This document shows positions 54,670 through 64,000 of a stretch of 64,000 nt of DNA, piece by piece. The stretch is from Squalus acanthias (Eukaryota), in contig CM059430.1 of the NCBI GenBank assembly GCA_030390025.1, positions 73,284,001 through 73,348,000 of the forward strand, in the 5' to 3' direction. The translations under genes and the position numbers were made by a program. Position 1 is the stretch's first letter, and the number at the start of each line of letters is the position of its first letter. The notes under the pieces were generated by a model. The model worked only from the letters and a program-made list of their open reading frames with translations. It had not been told where the DNA came from and ran no database searches.

Positions 54670-56010
54670 AAGGAGGGAGGGGGCAATAGAAGGGGGCAGA
54701 AAATCTTTTGTCACATCATTCTACAAATAAGTTATATTTATGCGCACACGAACTCCCACAGTGAAGATTTGAAGTGATAACTCTGTTGAATATTGCAGTT
54801 TAATATATTGCAATTCTCTAAAAATAGAAATGGCTGAACAGTATTCATAAAAAAATATCATACTGGTTTCCGATTCAATGTATGAAATATTCGGAAGTGT
54901 GACAGCATTTCATCCATATTTCTACATGAATACGAATAACAGTCAATTCTCTCACGTTGGATGCCGCGTTTGTTGCATACTGACCTAATTTGTGACGCAG
55001 TGGAAATTTACACTCTCGTTGTCAGTTGCTGTTGTTTCCGACCTTGATTAATTGCTCAATGCCCTTTACAGCATCTATATGATTACCACATGTTTGATTC
55101 AGGCTTATATATGTTCTGAACTATATGCTAGCTGCTTTCTTCCACCTGCGTGAATTTCATTACTTGGGTTATTAATGGAGAAGGATGGACTTGCCGGCAA
55201 TGCACAGCAACTGGCCAACTATCAAATAATGTTCTGTCATCCGTAATTAGGGATAAGCGCAAACACAAGCCAGATAAGTGAAATCTGTTTATTAAAAGAC
55301 GTATCTCAAGGAACGTGGTGAATAACCGAGAAAAACAACATTCTCGTTTCTCAATGACCCGGGTAATATCCAATTCGCACCGAAAGGACAACCAATACTT
55401 TGTGAGCACGTCTCCGGGGAACATACATCGGGACAGTGTCAAGCAAGTGAGAAGTGCGGACGGTACTTATCATAGTATCACTCATTAGTCGGTGCTATAA
55501 TCAGAAATCTCACCAAGAGGAGACCTAGTATTATAAGCATAGGTCATTCAGCCCTTCGACCCTTTGCAGTATTTCATTAAAGCTTGGCTGATCTGCAGCT
55601 CAACTCCATTTAACAGCCGTTTGTCCATTTCCCTAAATCCCCTTATCGAATAAGAATCTGTCGATCTCTGTCTTGTAAAAATCAATAGACGCAGCATCCA
55701 CAACCATTTGCGAAGATAATTCCGCACTTCCTCTATACTTTGTGTGAAACATTGCTTCCTGCTTTCACTTCTGAATGACCTAGCTCTAATTTTACTATTG
55801 TGCCCGCTTGCTCTGCATTCCCCACCATAGGGAAGAGTTTCCCTGTATCTGCCCCATGGAATCTTTTAAACATTTTAAACAACATACTCTTCTAAATTCA
55901 AGGGAATAAAAGCCAGGGTTATGCAATTGTTTCTCGTAATTTAACCCTATAACCCCGGTATCATTTTGCTAAATGTGAGCTGCGCCACCTCTAACACCAA
56001 TATATCCATC
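54670..56010 (+). repeat. Direct (tandem) duplicate, copy 1 (pairs with 57090-58790)
   Basis: Colinear shared blocks such as CACAGTGAAGATTT, CTAATTTGTGACGCAGTGGAAA and ACTTGCCGGCAATGCA; ends in a shared CR1 fragment. Confidence 0.85.
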
Positions 56011-56244
56011 AATGGTGGAGATCCCGAAATTGATTGCAATATTCCAGATGGGGTCTAGACAAGGCTCTGTACGACAAACTATAACTTCATCCCCTTTATA
56101 GTCCAACCCTCTTGAGATAAAGATTTGCTGGGGTCAAAAATAGAGACATTGTCAGTAACATTCTAAAACGAGAGAGGCGCAAATCACAGAGACCGGTTAT
56201 ATACCCCGCCCGAATTTGCTTTCTACCGACAACAACAATACATT

Positions 56245-56480
56245 GTATTTTTAAAGCACCTTTAACATAGTAAAACGTCCCAAGGTGCTTTATCGGAGCA
56301 TTATAAAACAAAATTTGACACCAAGCCACGTAAGGAGATATTAGGGCAGATGTCAAAAACCTTGATGAAAGAGGCAGGTTTTACAGAGCGTCTTAAAGGA
56401 GGAAAGAGAGGTAGAGAGGCAGAGATGTTTAGGGAGGGAATTCTACAGCTTAAGGTCTTTGCAGCTGAAGTCTCGGTCGC
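56245..56480 (-). mobile_element. L2 3' end
   Basis: L2 3' UTR with (TTG)n tail. Confidence 0.7.
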
Positions 56481-57089
56481 CAATGATCATTTTTTCTCAT
56501 AGTTTGAATCACTTACAGAAAGCGAGTTAAGGAATGCAACCACATGCTGCATTGGGACACAACTGGGAAGAGGCAGGATGGCGGTGGGAAAGGTCTTTGG
56601 CAGCAGCGCATATTGTATCACCAGTTTTGCGCTACAGCTGAAGTCCAATTTCAATTCTAAAGACATGATACCACAGGACAGCCGTAGTTTCTATTTTTTC
56701 AATGCTAATTTCACTGAGTTCAAGAAGAAGATGTTTGAATATGTGCTCTAGAGTCGATCTTCATTTCCCCCCCTTTCTATGGGGATGCATGAATCGAGAG
56801 GTATGATCGCCTTTTCCAACAGCGTACTCAAAGTTTCATGAGCATCCTTTGTCGCAGGAGTGAATGTCTAAGGAAAGACGCATAATGGGGCGGAGATAAT
56901 AATTCATCTTCCATAATTTGGCAATGGTTTACAAGTTAATAAGAAAAGATTGCATTTAGTTGCGTGATATCGAGTTGTAGGTATAACCTCGCATTTCTGG
57001 TATCAACATAATAATTTTTTTTGCTCCCTCGCCGGTGCCTCTATTTCCTTTTGATAATATGGCGATCAGTACAATTGGCATATTTATGA

Positions 57090-58790
57090 TGGAGGGGAGG
57101 GCCGAGGCAAATAAATGGGAGAACAAAATCCTTTGTCACATCACTCAAAATCGTAGTTATAATTATACAGACCCAAACTCGCACAGTGAAGATTTCAAAT
57201 GAAAACTCTTTTCAATATTGCAGTTTAACGGGCTTCAATAATTAATTTTCCAAAAGTAGATGTAGCTGAACAGTATTCTAAAGATATCATACTGGTTTCG
57301 GTATCATTGTATGAAATATTCAGATTGGTGACAGGATATCATCAATAATTCATTATGATTACAAATCACATATTAATTCTCTTGCTTTGGAAACCGAGGT
57401 TTCAGTTTTGCGTCCTGACTTAATTTGTGACGCAGTGGAAACTTACACTCTGATTGTCAGTCGCTCACGTTTCCGACCTTGTTTAATTACTCACTGTCCT
57501 TTGCAACATCGATACAGATACATGTTTGATTCAGGTTCATGTACCTTCTGAACTATATGCTACGTGCCTAATTTTACCTGCGTGAAATGCATTATATGGG
57601 ATATTAATGGACAAGAATCGACTTGCCGGCAATGCATTGCAATTCGCCAACAATAAAATCATTTTCTGCCGTTCGTAAATAGGGATAGCCGCAAGCACAC
57701 GCCAGACACTAGAAATACGTTTTTTAAAATAAATATCATAAGGAACTAGGCGATAGAACCGAGAATATTAACATTCTAATTTCTCAGTGAGATGGGATGA
57801 ATCCAATTCGCACTCACGAACCAACCATAGTTTTTGTACAGATCTCAGGGCGAATATAAATTAGGACAGTGTCATGCAAGTGAGATGTCCGGATGGGTTC
57901 TTTTCATAGAATCACTCATAATTCGGTGATAAAATCAGGAATCGTACCAAGAGAAGTCCATGGAACCTAGGAATAAACAATTCAACCCTTCGAACCTGTT
58001 CTGCCATTTCATTAAATCTTGGCTGATCTGCACCTCAACTCCATTTAATCGCCGTTGCTCCATTTCACTTGATACCCTTATCAAAGAAGCCTTGGCTGCA
58101 GTGTGTACCATCTACAAGATGCACTGCAGCACCTCCCAAATCCGCGACCTCTTACACATAGAAGGACAATGGCAGCAGGCACATGGGAACAACACCAACT
58201 CCAAGTTCCCCTCCAAGTCACAAAACATCCTGACTGAGAAGCATATCGCTGATCCTTCATCGTCGCTGGGTCAAAATCCTGGAACTCACTACCAAACAGC
58301 ACTGTGGGAGTACCTTCACCACACGAACTACAGCGGTTCAAGAAGGTGGCTCACCAGCACCTTCTCAAGGGCAACTAGGGATGGGCAATAAATGCTGGCC
58401 TTGTCAGCGACGCCCACACCCCATAATCGAATATAAAAAAAAGAAAAATCAGTCGAACTCAGAATTGAAAATTTCAGTGGGCCCAGCATTCACAACATCT
58501 TGCAGAGAGAATTCCTCACTTCCACTGTCGCTTTTTTGCAAACGTGCTTCCCGATTTTACTCCTTAGTGACCTAGCTCTAATTCTACGATTATGCTCTCT
58601 TGCTCTGGATTCCCCACCAGAGAAAATTGTTTCTCTGTATCTACCCATACCGTTATCATTACAAACAGCTCAAACTTCTAAATACAAGGGAACACAAGGC
58701 AAATTTATGCAACTGGTTATCGTAACTTAACCGTTTAACCACGTATCATTTTGCTAAACTCAGCTGCATTCCTTCCAATGTAAATATATC
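57090..58790 (+). repeat. Direct duplicate, copy 2, with an extra family B LINE tail at ~58088-58445
   Basis: As copy 1. Confidence 0.85.
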
Positions 58791-58859
58791 CTTCATAACG
58801 TGGTATGCCGATGCCTTAGATTCTTTGCAGCAGTTCATGAAATTATTTTTGAGTAGCTA

Positions 58860-58960
58860 CAGCAGATGTGCAAATAACAAACAGGAAGTTATATTTTCAG
58901 CTGCTATCGTGCACATTGTGGGTGGTTCAAGTTACAGTTTATAGTCAAAGCGCAGATAGA
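58860..58960 (+). promoter_or_regulatory. Candidate proximal promoter motifs of gene B (E-boxes, ETS site)
   Basis: CAGATG 58863, ACAGGAAGT 58881 and CAGCTG 58898, about 200 nt upstream of the ATG. Motif match only. Confidence 0.3.
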
Positions 58961-59089
58961 AATCTCACATATCAGCAAAACCTACATCCTGACACGCCTA
59001 CGTGAAACTAAATCTCCTCGTGACATTCGACTCCGATTCTTCATTCATTACCATTTAATTTAATGACCGTTTCAATTTAACTATTCAAG

Positions 59090-59141
59090 ATGCTGAGGGT
59101 GTTGCTTCGCTGTGTGGTCCTCCTGCGGATCAGTTGCACAG
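59090..59141 (+). CDS. Gene B exon 1: signal peptide (MLRVLLRCVVLLRISCT) of an L-VJ-C1 IgSF gene
   Basis: ATG at 59090, 17 mostly hydrophobic codons + 1 nt, then donor G|GTAAAT (phase 1). A homologous exon is present in copy A. Confidence 0.85.
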
Positions 59142-59352
59142 GTAAATTTATTTTCTAGCCTTCGTCCGTAAGTATGGACACAGTTTCATTTCATTAATTG
59201 ATGAATATAACTTAAGGCTCTCATTTTGTACTTTTTTTTCACCTTTTATTTCCAGTGTGTATTCGTACTTCCGAAATTCTTTAATGTTAATCAGCTCTCC
59301 GATTTCATTATCTGTTTCGGTCTTTAATTTTGATTTTACTCCTTTTCGACAG

Positions 59353-59664
59353 CCGCTGGCAATCCCTCGTCGACTGTAATACAAGTTCCCAAGTCCGCAG
59401 TGACGAGAGGTGCCGAGGTTACTCTTTATTGCATATATCCCATCTTTTCAGACAAGAAACCAGTGAAAGTGCATTGGTGGAGAGACGGGGCCGATGGATT
59501 CTTGGAGGAAAGCGCAGACAGCAGATTCCAGTTTTATTTCCTAAACCAGGGAGGAGCAGCCTTTAAACTGGTGGCCGTGAGAGCCGAGGACGCAGGGCTC
59601 TATTACTGCAGATTGACACACAGTGCGGTTGTAAACGGAACCGGCACAGAACTGGTTGTATATG
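59353..59664 (+). CDS. Gene B exon 2: germline-joined VJ-type Ig V-set domain, NKp30/NCR3-like
   Basis: Acceptor ttttcgacAG, donor G|GTGAGT, 312 nt, phase 1/1. Shows B-strand Cys (VTLYC), C-strand Trp (VHWWRDG), the D-x-x-x-Y-Y-C motif (EDAGLYYC) and a J-like G strand (NGTGTELVV). Confidence 0.93.
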
Positions 59665-59769
59665 GTGAGTGTCAATGAGCGGGATAATCGGAATCCGCCA
59701 GCAGCGGTAACACATGGTTTATAATTTCAAAGCTATTATTTGCTCTGCCGCCTTAGAAGAAAATGATTA

Positions 59770-60705
59770 ATTTATTCATTCACTGGATGTCGGCGTCGCT
59801 GGCTAGTCCAGCATTTATTGCTCATCCCCAGATGCCGTTGAGAAGTGACGGCGAGCAGCTTTCTTGAACCGTTGCTGTCCGTGTGGTGAAGGAAATGTCA
59901 AAGCTCTGCTAGGTAAGGAGTTCCTGGATTTTGACTCAGCGACGATGCAGGAACGGCGGTATATTTCCAAGTCAGAATAGTGTGTGACTTGGACGGGAAC
60001 TTGGAGGTGGTGGTGTTCCCATGCGCCTACTGCTCTTGTCCTTCTAGGTGGTAGAGGTCACGGGTTTGCGAGGTGCTGTCGACGAAGCCTTGACGAGTTG
60101 CTGCATTGCATTTTGTAGATGGTACACCCTGCAGCCACTGTGCGACGGTCGTGGAGAGAGTGAATGTTTAAGCTGGTGAATGGGGTGCCGATCAAACAGT
60201 CTGAATTATCCTGGATGGGGTCGCTGGCAAATTGAGAGTATTCAATCTGACTCCTGACTTCTGCCCTGTAGGTAGTGCAAAGGATTTGGGGTTAAGCAGC
60301 TGGGTCACTCGCCGTAGAATACATATTCTCTGATTTAAATTGTAGCCACAGTATTAATGTGGCTGGTCCAGTTAAGTTTCTGGTCAATGATGACCCCCAG
60401 GATGTTGATGGTGGGGGGTTCGATGACGGTAATGTCATTGAATGTCAAGTGTAGATGTTTAGCCTCTCTCTTGTTAGAGATAGCCATTTCCTGGCATTTG
60501 TGTGGCGCGACTGTTACTTGCCAATTATCAGCCAAGCCTAGATGTTGCTCATGTCTTGTTGCACGAGGGCACTGATTACTTCATCAACTGAAGAATGGCG
60601 AATGGAACTGAATAGTGCACAATCATCAGCGAACTTCTGATCTTTTGATGGAGGGAACTTCATTGATGAAGCAGCTGTAGAAGGTTGGGCCGAGGACACT
60701 GCCCT
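59770..60705 (-). mobile_element. LINE family B in gene B intron 2
   Basis: ADNWQVTVAPHKCQ motif and family 3' end, adjacent to the V-exon flank. Confidence 0.85.
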
Positions 60706-61831
60706 ATTTCTTATTTTTTTATGTTAACTTGCATCTCTGAAGCGTTTTGCCTGATCTCTGAAGCGGTCGCAAAATATTTCGCATACATCTAATTATTGGA
60801 GAGTGTAGTCTCTATTGCTGTACCGCCGAACGCCGGGGTTGGTTTGCCAACAGCAAGTTCCCAGTATCAGCAAGCATCTCTAACAAGAGTCAAACTAGTT
60901 TGGTTGTCTGACTGAGGTAGTCAGTATCGGCTGCGAGCTTCATCCTCACAATAGAATAGGGCCATACGATCTTTAATGGCCTTCGCGTAGGGGAGAAAGA
61001 GGCTCGATTTGAAGCCTCAGTTGAAAGCGTGCAACTCTTATAATGTAGCAACCCATCGGTAGCTGCAGCATTGCCATATAACGTGTGTCTAGATTTTGGA
61101 TCGTAGCTTAAATCCACATCTGGCTAAAGCAAGGCCAGGATACTACCCACTGAACCAAGAAGTCCTTACATTCACTCAGACTTTACGCTGGAATTTTGTC
61201 TAATTTTTATTAAGTTCTTTTTACTTTAATGAGACGGAGTTTGGCTCAGTTTATAAAATCTAGCTTATTAAATTGTGGGTTAGAGCTCCAGTACTGGGTC
61301 AATATTGCGTTGAAGAAGATCTTTCTGTGTCTGAAGCTATATGGATTCCAGTCACTTAATGAAAACGTAATGATGGACCATATAAATCTCTGTTGCTCTG
61401 GACGGTACAATGATGAGGTAATGCATGATTTCAGTATTGGGAAAGTTTGCTCAAAATTGTAAGCAGCTGTAAAAACGTAATCAATTTATTTCTTAGATAA
61501 AACGAAGGCAGTTGGCCGATGGGGCAGATAAAATAAAATTTTCTTTGATTCTTCCTCTGTCATGCTAAATGCGCTACATGAATGCAAGTTGTTTACCTTC
61601 GAAGTTTAGTAAAATGTAACATATACCGTGGGAATTGTTTCCTTGCTCCATTTCTTAAGAATCCTGTACTACGGGCTTTGAAAGCATGTATAAGATATCG
61701 GTTATGATGTCAGGCTGATTGGCCATTTTGGTTTTAGAAAGTCTTTTTTCGGAGTTACAGCTATGGCATTTCCTTCAGATTCGCCAAACCAAGTCACAAC
61801 TTGAAAACAAATGCTTGCTTTATTTTTCCAG

Positions 61832-62137
61832 ACCCTCCGACTCCTCTCCAGGTGAACCGCATGCAGTCTGAGAGCAGATCACCGGGTCCTCTGATTCTCG
61901 TTTGTACAACGGCTGCGTTTTTCCCGGATGATCTGAACATCACATGGTACAAAAATGGATCAGAAATTGGATCGGGGATGGAATCAATCAAATGGCGGAA
62001 CCTTGCGGGACTGTATGAGGCGTCTAGCTACCTGAATGAGACACAGCCTGTGGAGAGCGGGACGGTATACACCTGTCAGGTATCTCACATCTCTCTCCGG
62101 ACTTCAGCCAATGTCAGCTACACTTTCTGTCATTTGG
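61832..62137 (+). CDS. Gene B exon 3: Ig C1-set domain
   Basis: Acceptor tttattttttccAG, donor G|GTAAGA, 306 nt, in phase with the V exon. C1 motifs LVC..AAFFP..LNITWYKNG and YTCQVSH. Confidence 0.92.
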
Positions 62138-62827
62138 GTAAGATCAATATATGAGTTGCCCGTTTATATTAACCAATTGAAAACATGATTTTCGTGTGTA
62201 ATAGAGATGAACTGAAACATCGAATTTGTGTCTTCTGTTTGGCACATGTTTGGCCCGTCACATTGTCTGCATCACACCTAGGGGTTGTAATAGTACACAT
62301 GCTTATGGTTGTATATGTTTGATGTCATTTAATAAGAACATGAGAAATACGTACAGGAGTAGGCCATACGGCTCCTCGAGTCTTCTCCACCATTCAGTAA
62401 GTTCATGTATGATCTTCTACCTCAACATACTCACCCGGCCTATCCCCATATCCCTTGTTTATCATAAAATAGTAACTGTGGAAATATAGCTTTGGTCAAG
62501 TGGGAATAAAAATGTTTAATAACTAATTGTAACATTCATAATCCGCGGTCGGCAAACAGTTGATGTTTAACCGGCAGTTACAAATTGTTAAAAAATATAT
62601 TTTAGTGATGCTACAGTGTTTCCAGTATTCTCATAATTTCATGATGCAAATAGTTTCTAAAGTAAAAAAGTCATCATAGGTTACGGAAATAAATCTCAAA
62701 TCAATACGACGGATTTTGTTGTAGAAATAACGCTGAGGCTGACATTGCTCACCATTATTTACGGAGAAATAGGATAGCAACTTCTTGTGATTGCACATGC
62801 ACATTTCAACGCAGAAGTCCTTGTTTG

Positions 62828-63272
62828 CCGTGGCTCCATCGGTCGCACTTTAGCCTCTGAATCAGAAGGTTCTGCATTTAACGTCCACTTCAGAGACTCC
62901 AGTACAAAAATCTAGGCTGACACTGCAGTGCAGTAGTGAGGGGATGCAGCACTGTCAGAGGTGCTGTCTTTCGGATTAGACAATAAATCGAGGCACTTTG
63001 TGTTGCCTCAGGTGGACGTAAAAGATCCTATGGCACTGTATCGCAAAAGAGCAGCGGAGTTATCCCTGGTATCCTGACCAAAATGGATCCCTTAATCAAC
63101 ACCACTAAAAGAAAGAAATGTCTGGTAATTATCACATTGCTTTTTGAGGGAGCTTGCTGTACAAATTGGATGTTGTGGTTACTACATTACAAAAGTAATG
63201 ACACTTCAAAAGTACTTAATAGGTTGTAAAGTGCTTTGGGGCTTCCTGCGGTTGCTATATAATGCAAATTTT
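62828..63272 (+). mobile_element. tRNA-headed Deu-domain SINE (SacSINE1/AmnSINE1-like)
   Basis: tRNA-like head, core GCTGACACTGCAGTGCAGTAGTGAGGGATGCAGCACTGTCAGAGGTGCTGTCTTTCGG, L2-like tail. Family recognised from memory. Confidence 0.75.
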
Positions 63273-64000
63273 AATTCAGCAATCGGGAAGTTGCTGTCCA
63301 ATATGCGATGTTCTGCCAAAAGGTTCCCGAAAGAACATCTCGCTGTTTGGCTCCCCATTCAAATATATTTAATAGCTTGAAGTTGCTGTACTTACATCAT
63401 ATATACGAACTGAACTTGCCAGAAAACATTAGGGCTTGTCTATTCCAGTTTAAGTCCACTTTTAACAGCGTGTAAGTATTAATTGCCACCAAACACACTG
63501 ACACTGAAATGAAATTTTGCAAGTGTGGAGTCTCATTCCTTCAGACTTTAATTAGTGATTTAAAAATAGGTGAATTAAAAGTAATCGCTTTCTTCACTTT
63601 TTCTTGCTGTCTCTTTTATTTCTCTTCCTTGATCTAATCTTTCTTTCTCTCTCTTCATTTCGCATTCTGTACCTGATCTTGACATTGGATTCAATATTCT
63701 AACTGTATCAGACTCTGCGCTGCTCATTAACGATTATTAAACCCGATTACTTAAGGCAATTCAGAGAATGCTGCGCTTTTTTCCTCTCTAATTTAAAGTG
63801 AATTTCTCGGCCGTTCTAGTGCCACTGAGAGCAAAATCCGGCCCATGTTCAAATATATCCGGAAAATGTCGCTTGTTTGTTTCAAACGCCTGAGAAAGGT
63901 CAAAGCTTTGACCATAGCTTCCCTAGACTACACGTCACATCATTTGAAGAGAGATGCACAAATTAGTAGAATTAACAATTCCTAAAATGTCCAGTATCGC

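Larger units (their letters stand above)
58960..62582 (+). repeat. Inverted segmental duplicate, copy B
   Basis: Reverse-complement alignment to 28174-35440, read by eye. Confidence 0.88.

Noticed and set aside
57182-57210. CACAGTG heptamers at 57182 and ~54757 as RSSs
   Set aside because: Best nonamer-like text is at spacer 10 and there is no adjacent V segment.
57438-57500. Minus-strand J-like text (GN..RLTIR followed by GTAAGT)
   Set aside because: It needs a frameshift, lacks F/W-GxG, and is not preserved in the duplicate copy.
59665-59678. GEC ending resembling the kappa light-chain C-terminus
   Set aside because: It is the translation of the consensus donor GTGAGT, so it is expected by chance.
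59353-62137. Calling the genes a germline-joined Ig light-chain or TCR locus
   Set aside because: No WYQQ or FGxG, no separate J segments or canonical RSS pairs, and no perfect octamer before the leader. No gene symbol assigned.
62226-62489. ORF as the transmembrane exon of gene B
   Set aside because: No continuous hydrophobic stretch, it runs into a CR1 tail, and there is no suitable acceptor in B.
62828-62900. tRNA gene
   Set aside because: It is the degenerate tRNA-derived head of a SINE.

Overview
Repeat-rich vertebrate genomic DNA, very probably from a cartilaginous fish (inferred from the SacSINE1/Deu-type SINE, HER1/CR1-type LINEs with (AACATAAG)n tails, and Harbinger elements). Well over half the window is transposon debris: CR1, L2, a second CR1-group LINE family, two 2-gene Harbinger elements and their MITEs, and one solo LTR. 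There is also a 175-nt assembly gap. The only host genes I can support are two divergently oriented paralogues of a non-rearranging immunoglobulin-superfamily gene. Each has leader / germline-joined VJ-type domain / C1-set domain exons, all with phase-1 introns (NKp30-like V; antigen-receptor-like V-C1 layout). The + strand copy (B, 59090-62137) is intact through C1. The - strand copy (A, 35321-30090) keeps intact leader and V exons, but its C1 exon has lost its splice acceptor and carries a frameshift and a stop. Its homology to copy B ends exactly at a solo LTR lacking a target-site duplication. No transmembrane exon was found. Ig exon boundaries were read base by base; most repeat boundaries are approximate.
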